A model generated the notes under the pieces. The model worked only from the letters and a program-made list of their open reading frames with translations, was not told where the DNA came from and searched no databases. Of a DNA stretch of 64,000 bases, positions 51,601-64,000 are shown piece after piece (position 1 is the stretch's first letter; the number at the start of each line of letters is the position of its first letter). Source of the DNA: Macrostomum lignano. Taxonomy: Eukaryota. The DNA lies in the NCBI GenBank assembly GCA_002269645.1, contig NIVC01000280.1, forward strand, positions 124,001-188,000. Reading direction: 5' to 3'. A program made the translations under genes and the position numbers.

Positions 51601-54600
51601 ATCAAACTACCACGAATAAAAACCTTTTCTACTTATTAAGCGATTGTTGTTAAAAAAACAAAAAGGAAATATAAACGAAATCCGACAGAAACGAGAAATA
51701 TAGATATGGTTATATAATAACTCATTTGAACGAAAAGTGGCGCAGTTTAAGTAATTGAAGAATTAGTTTTTCTGACAAAATTAATTAGATTATTAAAACA
51801 CAGATGCTAAAATAACTGGATAGGTTAAATTCGCAATAATAATTTTCTTCTATTTCTTTCAATTCAGTAGCGAGTAAAAAATAGCAAGAAAGAAATTCTT
51901 AAAGTGGCTGCACAGACTGGAGTGCCAGGATGAATCACGTGACCCAGTAAAGAACTTATCAAATTATTTCATTACCCCCTCATAAAGTGGCTGCACAGAC
52001 TGGAGTGCCAGGATGAATCACGTGACCCAGTAAAGAACTTATCAAATTAATTCATTACCCCCTCATAAAGTGGCTGCACAGACTGGAGTGCCAGAATGAA
52101 TCACGTGACCCAGTAAAGAACTTATCAAATGAATTCATTACCCCCTCATAAAGTGGCTGCACAGACTGGAGTGCCAGGATGAATCACGTGACCCAGTAAA
52201 GAAATACAGTTATCAGTGCTGGAATAATGTACACTTGCTGACAAGGCAGACGGTGTACATGGTGACTTAACCCCTCCCAGAGAAGCGGCAAGATAATAAG
52301 AGCGTTATAAGAAGTTTATAAGAAAATGATACTACTGAATCAAAAGTAGCCTAATAGCATATAAACGGAGTAAGCTATACAGTCTATACCCGTATCCAGG
52401 TATTTTAGCATCTGCAGTCAGAGTGTGAGAATTATAATAATAGATAAACTTAATCAGAAAGAAGACACAAACGGTGAGAAGTAATTTTCTGACGAATGAA
52501 GTTCTAATAAATAGGCACACGTTTCAGGTGTTAAAAACCGAAGAACTAAAATAAAAAAAAAAAATAAACGGAAAAGGCAGCTGCGGCAGCGCACAATGTT
52601 ATTGGCGAGGGACTTGTCCTTCTTGCTAGAGTGGTGATGGTTGGGCAGGTGCGAGCTGTGGCTGTGCGCCAGGTGGATCTAAAAAAACGCACAGCAACAG
52701 CGGCGGATTCGGTCGGGGCGGACAATGCAATTAACGGTGAGCGAGGATGCGAAGGTATCAGGCTGATCTACAGCTGGATTATTTGGCTACTCATTGCTCA
52801 GCAACAACAGTTGTCCCGCGGGCAACTCTCGCAAATTGAGGCAACAGTCACACGCAGCCAGCGTGAAGGCAAGCAGCCTGAGGGTGCACAGCGGCCCCGA
52901 CTTCCTCCCAGTCGTCAGGCATGTACACCCTCTGTGCCTTAGGGGGGCTGGCACGAATCGGCAAAAATTGCATGTCAAGCCACAAATTCACGTGGCCAAA
53001 CACGGGAGTCGAACCCTGAACAGGATTTACCCGCTGCTGAGCAGATGAGTAGCGGCTCAAGGACGGCACGGAAATTTTTAATAAAGTACAATTAATAAAT
53101 ATAAAAGCTATTTTATTCAATGCAAAAACTAGCATTCGAGATGGGAAAGCAAAATAAAATTTAATTAACAGCATTGTGGCTAATTAAAGAGTAAAATTAT
53201 AACATTATATACATGTATGGGGCAAAGTTGTAGGTTATTTGCACATTTGTTAAATTTCTATAAATTAAATCTTGCCAATGAAAAATTGAGGGCAAGAATT
53301 AGAACACAACCAGCAATTGAAAATTATACCGGATGGGATACCGGATGGGATACCGGATGGGATACCGGATGGGATACCGGATGGGATACCGGATGGGATA
53401 CCGGATGGGATACCGGATGGGATACCGGATGGGATACCGGATGGGATACCGGATGGGATACCGGATGGGATACCGGATGGGATACCGGATGGGATACCGG
53501 ATGGGATACCGGATGGGATACCGGATGGGATACCGGATGGGATACCGGATGGGATACCGGATGGGATACCGGATGGGATACCGGATGGGATACCGGATGG
53601 GATACCGGATGGGATACCGGATGGGATACCGGATGGGATACCGGATGGGATACCGGATGGGATACCGGATGGGATACCGGATGGGATACCGGATGGGATA
53701 CCGGATGGGATACCGGATGGGATACCGGATGGGATACCGGATGGGATACCGGATGGGATACCGGATGGGATACCGGATGGGATACCGGATGGGATACCGG
53801 ATGGGATACCGGATGGGATACCGGATGGGATACCGGATGGGATACCGGATGGGATACCGGATGGGATACCGGATGGGATACCGGATGGGATACCGGATGG
53901 GATACCGGATGGGATACCGGATGGGATACCGGATGGGATACCGGATGGGATACCGGATGGGATACCGGATGGGATACCGGATGGGATACCGGATGGGATA
54001 CCGGATGGGATACCGGATGGGATACCGGATGGGATACCGGATGGGATACCGGATGGGATACCGGATGGGATACCGGATGGGATACCGGATGGGATACCGG
54101 ATGGGATACCGGATGGGATACCGGATGGGATACCGGATGGGATACCGGATGGGATACCGGATGGGATACCGGATGGGATACCGGATGGGATACCGGATGG
54201 GATACCGGATGGGATACCGGATGGGATACCGGATGGGATACCGGATGGGATACCGGATGGGATACCGGATGGGATACCGGATGGGATATCATCCCAATCG
54301 TTTGCTTCTTCAGCTGATTCCCAGTACAGGTACACGTACCTCGGAAAAGGTGAACAAAAATATCCTCAAAGGTGCGCCTTCATAGTAAAACGACAGCAGG
54401 TGAAATAAAGGAACAGTGCCAAAGGAGGCTACTGGAGTTCTATTGGGAGTGGCAATCTGCAGAAAGCAAACACAGTTCTGTGGGTTCGCTAAAATTAATT
54501 TATGAAATAAGTTTTGTACAAAATAATTTATCACACTTTTCTACATACTTGTATTAAAATTCGATTGTGGGATAAACTTCCCACACAAAGGGGGTAGTCA

Positions 54601-57600
54601 GGAGGAAGAGGACTACAGGGGAAGGCAGCTGCATGCGGAAACATCCGATGTTTGAAAATACTGAAGTTTTAGGGCATCAAAAGAAGCGAGCCCGGGACTC
54701 ACGTGGGTGCTGCCTTTAGAGTGCTCAGCGTAGCCTGTCATGATCACCATGACGTGCTCAGCCACGTAGGTGCTGGCGTCCAGCGGGATTGGCTGGCAGA
54801 GGCTGCCGCCGGAGTCGCTGGAATCGTTGGCGGCCGTCACCGCCGTGTGCATCATGGCGCCGATGAGCAGCCAGGAGAGCAGGCGGATGTGCTCAAGACA
54901 TTCCAGGAATTCGCGCGGCCTGGGGGTTGGCGGTGATTGGTGGGCGGTGATTGTGTAGAGGTTCATAGAATGCTACTGTAAGTAGAACAATGCACACATG
55001 CTCAGCAAAACTTAAACTATGAATCATGTTACTATTTATAACGAGAGAATGAATCATGTTACTATTTATAACGAAAAGATGAGTCATGTTACTATTTATA
55101 GCTCGCTAAAATTGCGTATAAATACGAGCGAAAAATCCGAACTGAAACCTCAGACTCGGAGCCGCCTCGAAGGATCTTGAGCTTGCTTGAGCAGCTAAAC
55201 GAGGCTACATCTCTGAGGGAAATAAATACCGTTCGGTAAGCCTTTGTTCGAGTCTTGATTATTGAGAGCTGTGTTATTGCCGGCCGTTACTGGTCAGTTG
55301 AATTACTGTGTTTATTGGATTTGAGGGCTCCCTATTCCTAAGTGATTGGATAGGATCTGCAGACCGATTCCGATACTCTTAGAGGATTAGTGATTTGATT
55401 GATTTTGATACCCTAGAGTAACCGATAGGGGCACAAGACTCTGATTCCGTTATTTCTAGAAGAAGACGCCCTTTCTGGAGGACCTCGTTATTGTTATAGA
55501 GTTGACTTTGAAGCCTTGAAGAAACGAGCTCGGAGATTCGGAGAACCTGCCCGACAAAGAAGAGGAGCCCGCACCAGTAAGTGATCACTGAATTTCGTTC
55601 CCAGACTTAAGGTCTGGGAGTGGGAGTTCGTGCGTTTAGGCACTAGACTTAATTCTCTCTCTCTCCCTTCTCTTTCTCTCTCTTTCCCTCTCTCTGTAGT
55701 GTGCTAAAGCGAACTCTTCAATTGGTTGGCGGTGATTGGCTTCTGCTGTTTGGTTGTCGCCTAGCTCCTAGGCGTGAACTATTGCCAATCAGACAGCTAG
55801 GCGAGGCTGAAAGCGCTAATTGCTCACCCCTGCTGCACAGTGGCGGGCGGGTGCCGTAGCCAGGACAGGTACTTATTGATGGCCCACTGCCGGCCGCCCT
55901 CGCCAATGCGGGCCTGGGCGAATTCAATGACGGCGTACTGCGAGACGGCGCTTTTCAGGTGCGCGCCCAGCGTGTCCTCGTGCAGAGACAAGCCGGTCTT
56001 CAGCGACTTCAGCTTGTGCACCGTGTGCAGGTCGGCGATGAAGGCGACGCAGTCGGTGAGGCTGGATCGCATCAGCTCAGCGGCGCCCGTGTTGACCGAC
56101 TGGCAGCCGGTGAGCTGCTGGCCGAGGCTCTCCGCTAGGAGGCTGGGCTCGACGCAGCCGCCAGCGTCGATGAGCACCAGCTGGACCAGCAGCAGGAAGT
56201 TCTCGTCCGGTAGACTGCAGCGAAACTTCAGGGCCTGATAAAGGCGTTTTGATGAGTAAGGTTTGCAGCTGGATGCGTAGCTTTGAGTGTAGTGCAGGGT
56301 AGGCATAGCAGATTGCCGAGAGTGTGTACATTGAGGGGATGGAAGTTCATCGAGAGTGTACATTGAGGGGGGTGGAAGTTTAACAAGAATGTACATTGAG
56401 GGGTAGAAGTTTAACAAGAATGTACATTGAGGGGTAGAAGTTCATCGATCGATAGTGTGCATTGAGGGGGTAGAAGTTCAACGAGAGTACATTGAAGGAG
56501 GGTAGAATTTCAACGAGTGTACATTGATGAGGTAGAAGTTCATCGAGAGTGTACATTGGAGATAGAGGCTTAGCTATCTGGAGCGCGTATAGTGGGGTCA
56601 GAGTTTTACTAACTCTATCTATCTAGAACATACTAGATAGATAGAGACAAACTATTTTTAGTACATAGGATGTGGATTTGGGTAGAATTTGACATTCTTT
56701 AAATTCTCTCACCTGCACCAGCAGCATAATAGCGGTCCTAGTCACGTGCTGCTTGTCCCGCTCCTTGGTGAAGACCCGATTGCAGGCTGAGCAGAGCTCA
56801 ACCAGGCTAGACAGGGACACGACGCAGTTGCACAGTAAGAATTCCAGCACCCTGCCAACTGGCTCCAGCACAGTTTTGTGATTGTTAATCACGGGCGAGC
56901 GGAACAGGCAGTGCAGAATGCGGAACACACACTCGTGGTTGAACTGGGCGCTGGACACCGGCAGACAGGGAGCCAGGCGGCGCAGGAAGATGTCGACCCG
57001 CTCCAGCAGGGTGGACCAGGAGGCCGAGGCGGCCGGCTCGGTGGGCAGGCACTCCAGGTAGGCGCTGACGTTCTCCATCAGCTGGGCCAGTGAGTCCGGC
57101 TGCGGGTTACGAGGGTGGCCTCATTCCGATTGATAGCCTATGAGCTGGTTTCAACAGGTTTTGAGAACAATTTTGCAAGCCAAACTATGCACTGCTGCAG
57201 GCCCTGTGCATTCTCTGGGTGACGTACAAGTCACCCACCGAGTAAAGAGGCCCATACCTAGCTCCTAACTGCGACTCCTCTCACCTGAGGCAGGCTCTTT
57301 CGCTCGTTAAGCGCCTCGAGCAACATTTCCAACGGGCGGAAGCAGTTCATTTCCTGGAAATCCACCAGCACGGCCACCATGCACTTGAAGAAGCCTTCGT
57401 CTAAAAATGTAAGGAGGTTGAGAGAGGGTCACTGACAGAGCTAAGAGACCTCAGCAAAGTCTGTTATTAGCAGACACTCACACTCAATCTTGGTCTGGAA
57501 CAGCTGCACAAACAGGCCATTGGGCGCCAGCTGGTGAAACGAGCATCTCAGAAACTGCTTAGCAACGCTGTTCATATTGCCCGGCGCAATCACGTTAGGC

Positions 57601-59509
57601 TGGTTGGCCTTCCACGAGTAGGCATTGTGCAGTACGATCTTGGACACGGCTGAGAACATGCTCATCAGCATGGGGGCGGCCATCACGGGCTCGCGGTGGA
57701 CGAATGCTCCCAGACACACGATAGCCAGCGAGATTGTGTCCTCATCGTACTGCTCAATGATGGCGTTACAGAATTGGCACCTGTTCAGCATGAACGGCTC
57801 GATCACCTTCTTAAATGACGGCTTCTTGCCAGCTCCGCCGCTGGCGCTGCCGCCCGACTGCAACTTCGACAGATTGTCTGCCCGCCTGGGACGCCTGGGG
57901 ATCGTACGGCGGCGGGAACAGGTTAGGTGGGGACACTTTGCGACGCACGTTGTTTCTATAACAACGGTTTCTATTAAAAATTATTCAAATGTTTCGTAAC
58001 AGTTGCTAGACAGTTTCCGATAGCAGTTTTTTTGACGCAATTTGTACATTGCAGTTGCTACGTTCTTCCCCATAGCAACCGTTGCTAAGTCGTTTCTACA
58101 GCAACCGTTGCTAAGCCGGTTATATAGCAACCGTTGCTAAGTCGTTTCTATAGCAACCGTTGCTAAGTCGTTTTTATAGCAACCGTTGCTAAGCCGGTTA
58201 TGTAGCAACCGTTGCTAAGCCATTTTTATAGCAACCGTTGCTAAGCCGGTTATATAGCAACCGTTGCTAAGTCGTTTCTATTCAATATAGCAACCGTTGC
58301 TACGTTCCTACCCATAGCAACCGTTTCTAAGCTGTTTCTTTAGCAACCGTTGCTATGTCGTTTATAAAGCAACCGTTGCTAAGCTTAGGCAACTGTTGTT
58401 GAGTCGTTGCTATAGCAACAGTTGCTAAGCTGTTTCTGCAGCAACCGTTGCTAAGCCCTTTCTATAGCATCAGTTGCCATACATTTTCTAAAGCAACCAC
58501 AGCTAAGCAACGTTCGTAGATAAAACTAGTGGCAGCACAATAGCAACGGTTGCTATGAAGTTTTATATTCGCATTTGAATTCAATCCGTAATAATTCAGA
58601 CACTGGGGAACAGCGTGCAGCAGGCGAGTTCTCTTCAATGCTATAAACAAGTGGATAGGCAAGCATGCAGCCTCCCCTCAGAACCGCGACATCAAAGAGC
58701 GCCGGCATCTCAATTTAACTATAATAAAAGCACTTTTAGTACACTGTGTACCGACAGAAAAGGCAGCTTGACGTACTGGGTCGGGTTCAGCGAACCAAGG
58801 AGAGCAATACAAATTGAAGAAATTGTTGCTTGCTTTTGCAGAATCAAGCAAGACTTGCGGCGGTTACTGGGTTGTACAAAAAATTAATAATTGACAAAAC
58901 TGTCTGGCACTTTGGGAGTTGAGGTTGCACTAGATAATGGATTTTGGCTGGCCATGGACAGACCGCAGTTGCTAAATGGCCCTTTTAAAGACTGAATCCA
59001 CAGTTCAGATGCTGCACTAAATGCCAGAGGTTAATATTACCTGTTACCTAGATGTTTCCTACTTTTCGTTACTGGCTACTGAATCTGAATCTGACCAGTC
59101 TAGCTTAGAATCCCTGTCAGACCCCATCAAGTTGCATTGAAGTTTAAGCAGACTATTAAATATCAGGTATTATTAACTGCACAATAATAGAGCTCAAGCA
59201 GACTATAAAGTATGTAAAGGTTCATCTGGCTCTAAGGAACCGGTACAAGCTACAGTCCTCAGTATAGCTGTCGCTCATAAAGTTCCGGAGAAACTATGAA
59301 AATTTATTAATGACTTGGTGGAATCGAGAACCTTTTCCGGCGTCTCTTCCGGCTGGAGACGCCTTCGCAGACTGAGAGAATCTCCAGGCCGTTGAGCAGG
59401 GCGGCGATGCCGTACTCGCAGCTGTCGGTTGGTCGGCCAGCGAGCGGGGGCTTCATTCACCGATTGATTGATTGATTGATTGATTGACTGATTGATTGAC
59501 TGATAAATA

Positions 59510-59553
<44 letters not shown>

Positions 59554-59554
59554 A

Positions 59555-59587
<33 letters not shown>

Positions 59588-59668
59588 CTGATAGATAGAT
59601 AGATTGATTGATTGATTGATTGACTGATAGATTGACTAATAGATAGATAGATAGATAGATAGATAGAT

Positions 59669-59744
<76 letters not shown>

Positions 59745-62700
59745 GGACTGACTAGTTGACTGATTGACTGATAAATTGATAGATAGATTGATTGATTAAT
59801 TGATTGATTGATTGATTGGCTGGTTGGTTGACTGATTGATTGATTGATTGACTGGTTGATGATTGTTGACTGACTGATTTATTGATTGGTTAGGTATGTG
59901 TGGGAAAATGAACAATTGATTCACTGACTGCCAATTCATCAATAGGCTTCAGTGAATGAGCAGCTTTTAATATGGAAAACAAGTTAGAAAAGGTTCGCGC
60001 AAGGCTTTGCTCTCAGATGGAGCAAACTGGCGCCACAGCGATCTAAGTGTAAAAAAGCCATGAAACATCAGGTCACAGGCAAACAGGCATGCACGATCAA
60101 TCAGTCAACTTGCAACCCACTGTCAGAAAAATTAGAAATGTTATCTGTGAAAAAACATCAACGCAAAAGTACTCGAAAATGAACCGGAAACACCCTGGAA
60201 GTCTCCAAAACCCTGTGACAGACTTGACTCACCTCCTGCCGGTGTCCTCCCGGTGGCTGATGAGCTTCTGCATCTCGATGGTGCTCAGCCCTGTCTTCCT
60301 GGCCTTCTTCTGCCGGAACTGCGGCCGGGCGTCGCCGTAGCCCCCACCGCGCCGCCGCCAGCCTCGCCGGAGTCGGGATCGGCCGCCAGCGCCTCCAGGC
60401 TCACCTGGCGCGGGTCCAGCCGGCGGGGACCTTCGTCGCTCTGCTGACTGCCCGCCTCGCCGTTGTCGCTGGAGCCGCCTGGCGAGTCGCCGCCGCTGCC
60501 GCCTCCGCCAGCAGCGGCCAAGGCGCCGCTGGTCATCGAGCCGACCGCGGGCAAGTCGGTGCTGAAGCTGATCGTCTTTTCCGGCTTCTGCGGCGGCGCC
60601 AGGGGCAGCCCGCCACCGCTGCTGCCGCCTCCGTTGCTTTCAGAGAAGGCGCGCAGCTCCTCCTGCATCTTCAGCTCCACGTTGGTGGACAGCGGGCGCC
60701 CACCCGAAGACGCCATCGCGCCGTTGCCGCTGACGCCGCCGAAGCCGCTGCTTGTCAGCGCGTCGCCGCCGCCGTGGCTGACAAACAGCAGCGGATCACC
60801 GGGCCGCCGGGCCTCCGTGCCCGCACCGGCACCGCTGCTGCCGCCGCCGCCAGCGCCGCCAATGGCGGTCTCCGAAATTGAGCCGGTGCGACTCGAGGGC
60901 CGGTTGGAGAACACCGACATCTCCAGCTGCTCCTGCGGCACAGAGGAAGGAGGACGGAGTGCTGCCTGTGGCTTGCTGGCGCAGATGAAATCAGCTAATA
61001 AATGCCCCACACTATCAGCCCCACCCACCCACACTTTCAGCACCACCCACCCCACACTTTCAGCACCACCCACCCACTCCACAATCAGCCCCACCCACCC
61101 ACACTTTCAGCACCACCCACCCCACACTTTCAGCACCACCCACCCACACTTTCAGCACCACCCACCCCACACTATCAGACCCACCCAGCCAACACTGTCA
61201 GCCCCACCCACCCCATACTATCAGCCCCACCCACCCCACACTATCACCACACCCACCCCACACTGTAAGCCCCACCCACCCCACACTATAAGCCCCACCC
61301 ACCCCACACTGTAAGCCCCACCCACCCCACACTATCAGCCTCACCCACCTCACACTATCAGCCTCACCCACCCCACATTGTAAGCCCACCCACCCCACAC
61401 TGTAAGCCCACCCACCCCACACTGTAAGCCCACCCACCCCACACTGTAAGCCCACCCACCCCACACTATAAGCCTCACCCACCCCACACTATCAGCCTCA
61501 CCCACCCCACACTATCAGCCTCACCCACCCCACACTATCAGCCTCACCCACCCCACACTATCAGCCTCACCCACCCCACACTGTAAGCCCCACCCACCCC
61601 ACACTATAAGCCCCACCCACCCCACACTGTAAGCCCCACCCACCCCACACTGTAAGCCCCACCCACCCCACACTGTAAGCCCCACCCACCCCACACTATC
61701 AGCCTCACCCACCCCACACTATCAGCCCCACCCACCCACACTTTCAGCACCACCCACCCCACACTTTCAGCACCACCCACCCACTCCACAATCAGCCCCA
61801 CCCACCCACACTTTCAGCACCACCCACCCCACACTTTCAGCACCACCCACCCACTCCACAATCAGCCCCACCCACCCACACTTTCAGCACCACCCACCCC
61901 ACACTTTCAGCACCACCCACCCACACTTTCAGCACCACCCACCCCACACTATCAGACCCACCCAGCCAACACTGTCAGCCCCACCCACCCCATACTATCA
62001 GCCCCACCCACCCCACACTATCACCACACCCACCCCACACTGTAAGCCCCACCCACCCCACACTATAAGCCCCACCCACCCCACACTGTAAGCCCCACCC
62101 ACCCCACACTATCAGCCTCACCCACCTCACACTATCAGCCTCACCCACCCCACACTGTAAGCCCCACCCACCCCACACTGTAAGCCCACCCACCCCACAC
62201 TGTAAGCCCACCCACCCCACATTGTAAGCCCACCCACCCCACACTGTAAGCCCCACCCACCCCACACTATCAGCCTCACCCACCCCACACTATCAGCCTC
62301 ACCCACCCCACACTGTAAGCCCCACCCACCCCACACTATCAGCCTCACCCACCCCACACTATCAGCCTCACCCACCCCACACTGTAAGCCCCACCCACCC
62401 CACACTATCAGCCCACCCACCCCACACTGTAAGCCCCACCCACCCACACTATAAGCCCCACCCACCCCACACTGTAAGCCCCACCCACCCCACACTGTAA
62501 GCCCCACCCACCCCACACTGTAAGCCCCACCCACCCCACACTGTAAGCCCCACCCACCCCACCCGGAGCGAAGCGCGCCCCTCACCCTGGCATCGGCGTC
62601 GCCAACGGTAACCGAGGCCAGCACCTGGTCGCCGGGGCTGTGCAGGCCGGCATCCTCGGACCCGCTGCCGCCGGAGCCCTGAATGTCGAACAGCGGCCGG

Positions 62701-63317
62701 CCGCCGGACTTGTTGCGATTTCGCATCCGGGTGACCGGCGAGGCGAATTTCAAATCGGAACCGTCGGCGTCCGGTTTCGTTCTCGGCTGGCGAGCGGAAG
62801 AATAGAGCATTAGCGGGGTGCGGGGAGTTCAATCGGGTTGCCAGGGCATTCAGTTATGTGGGGTTATAATATTTGATGCAAGAAATCGGCTAGAAAATAT
62901 TTTTTGCTATGGCAAATCAGTTATGGGAAATTAGTTGCTATGGGTAATGAGTTGCCATGGGGGATGAGTTGCCATGGGGAATGAGTTGCGATGGGGAATG
63001 AGTTGCTAAGGTTGCTATGGGGAATGGGTCACTTTGGGTGGTAGGCTGCTATGGGCAGTAGGTTGCTATGGGCAGTTGGTTGCTATGGCTAGTTGGTTGC
63101 TATGGCTTGTGGTTGCTATGGCTAGTTGGTTGCTATGGCTAGTTGGTTGCTATGGCTAGTTGGTTGCTATAAAGAATTCGCACCTTGTAGAAAGGCGGCC
63201 TCGAAGATCTCGAAGACGAGGCGGCAGCAAAGGTGGGAGCCTCGGTGAGCGGCGACAGCGTCGGGCTCTCGTTCTCCTGGATGGTGTCGATGTCGCCGAT
63301 GGACACTGTGCTGGCGT
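42635..63317 (-). CDS. UNC79: UNC-79 (NALCN channelosome subunit), 3' part; exons 63184-63317, 62586-62786, 60233-60932 (apparent 1-nt deletion near 60350), 59332-59421, 57482-57894, 57285-57400, 56713-57099, 55828-56234, 54703-54919, 47660-47827, 43803-43880, 42635-42859; continues beyond the window
   Basis: Matches to remembered UNC79: [87 protein letters not shown], terminal [12 protein letters not shown] introns are phase-consistent. Confidence 0.92.
42930..43680. repeat. 19/22-bp minisatellite (GAGATCATGGGATGATTTT) in the last UNC79 intron
   Basis: Tandem units. Confidence 0.96.
44295..44610. repeat. ~152-bp tandem duplication (2 copies plus a partial)
   Basis: aatgtacatccactga...cccagtgcaggaagaatgtacattaaag repeated at 44295 and 44447. 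Confidence 0.9.
45400..45735. repeat. 13-15-bp repeat (GAGAGTAGACTAT)
   Basis: Read directly. Confidence 0.92.
46490..47385. repeat. 33-bp minisatellite (AAAGGCCATGGATAACTAATCCTTAGGGTGTTC variants)
   Basis: Tandem units with an alternating two-unit higher-order pattern. Confidence 0.97.
47990..48410. repeat. G-rich ~24-bp repeat
   Basis: GGGGTAAGGAGTGGGGTGGTGAGG-type units. Confidence 0.93.
48995..51245. repeat. 27-bp minisatellite (GTGTACACTGGGCTGGGGTTGAATTGG), ~83 units
   Basis: Tandem units. Confidence 0.98.
51901..52202. repeat. 83-bp tandem repeat, ~3.6 copies
   Basis: aaagtggctgcacagactggagtgccaggatgaatcacgtgacccagtaaaga... at 51901, 51984 and onward. Confidence 0.95.
53328..54287. 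repeat. Perfect 12-bp array (CCGGATGGGATA) x ~80
   Basis: No visible variants. Confidence 0.99.
56320..56560. repeat. ~31-bp degenerate repeat in an UNC79 intron
   Basis: gtgtacattgaggggtagaagtt units. Confidence 0.88.
58065..58560. repeat. ~27-bp satellite built on the near-palindrome TAGCAACCGTTGCTA
   Basis: Read directly; related GTTGCTATGG repeat at 62920-63170. Confidence 0.93.
59462..59890. repeat. (GATT)n/(GATA)n compound microsatellite
   Basis: Read directly. Confidence 0.97.
61010..62560. repeat. C-rich 24-26-bp minisatellite with higher-order blocks filling an UNC79 intron
   Basis: CCCACCCACCCCACACTGTAAG units; the block at 61080-61400 recurs at 61790-62200. Confidence 0.96.
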
Positions 63318-64000
63318 CTGCAGGACAGTTGTGCAATCAGTTACACGTTTGGATTCTTCAGTTTTGTCAACCACAGCTTTCTATGATAGATGAATGAAGA
63401 AGCCGGTTACTGGGCAACCTCAGTAAGCGATGAGAAATTTAAAAAATCAACAAGCGAATCCTACAAGCGCAGAGCCCCGTGGCTTTCGTTCACCATCGCT
63501 CGCCCAGGCCCAATCGAACTTTTTATGACAAGTTCGAGCTAAAGCAAAAGTGCAAATCGAAATTCAATTTCCGAACTAATCAATAAACCTGTGTGCCGTA
63601 ATTGCAGATTTCGGTATATGAATTTGATAAATTGATTATAAATATTAAAAAGCACTGCAAAAGTGAATCAACTGTTCAGATAGTTGAGAAGGAGTTCATT
63701 TGATCAATTTATTGGGAATAGTGAAAATCTCCACCCGTCACCGGGAGAATCTCCCCGAAAGCAAGTGCAATAACTCATTTTTAAAAAATAACAGTTCGAT
63801 GGAAGCGAATAAGCCAAAATTTCAATCGATAATGCTGATCGGAGCCCTGAACCAGGTGCCTTCCAATGGGACAAACCTGACTCCAGACCGACAAACAGAG
63901 TTCTGGCTGCAAGTGGGGGAACAGATCGAATTTGGTGCGAAATTTTTGGTTTTGGTTTTGGTGCAAAATCTGCTGCGCACTAACTGTCGTTGCGGAGATG

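Noticed and set aside
51901-52202. CRISPR-like array (here or in other regular repeats)
   Set aside because: Units are contiguous with no unique spacers, there are no cas genes, and the context is a eukaryotic spliced gene.
55100-55680. Possible LTR or retroelement piece (TATAAATA near 55117, AATAAA near 55221, hairpin CCCAGAC..GTCTGGG)
   Set aside because: No TG...CA termini, TSD, second LTR or coding remnant could be identified.
60362-60403. 42-nt micro-intron (CAG|gtgagc...gag) to rescue the UNC79 frame
   Set aside because: The length is a multiple of 3, so it cannot fix the frameshift.

Overview
Eukaryotic (animal) genomic DNA with GC-rich spliced genes and introns filled by simple repeats and minisatellites. 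The style resembles the flatworm Macrostomum lignano, which is inference only. From left to right: (1) the 3' part of an unidentified multi-exon gene (+, 1-3931); (2) an ~18.5-kb head-to-tail, minus-strand cluster (4.5-23 kb) of eight single-pass membrane-protein genes plus one frameshifted remnant; (3) WDR11 (8 exons, -, 24391-33639); (4) an SLC3-family (4F2hc/rBAT-like) heavy chain (4 exons, -, 36650-40778); (5) the 3' part of UNC79 (-, 42635->63317). The cluster is the main find. Six members share a tiny extracellular C-x12/14-C module with [FWY]-D-[PS]-x4-C, the same spacing as the single cysteine-rich domain of BCMA/TACI, and a seventh has a related TNFR/furin-like Cys motif. The members show ectodomain/tail shuffling, a recent near-identical duplicate, a coding VNTR, and recurring RPxYA, SH3-ligand and TRAF-type tail motifs. 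Two members have spliced exons that the ORF track misses, and one of these is predicted to be leaderless (type III). Other items: an inverted pair of tRNA-Lys-like units in a WDR11 intron, a young tRNA-derived SINE with an 18-bp TSD, and an apparent 1-nt frameshift in UNC79. All protein assignments come from remembered sequences and manual reading; no database search was run.
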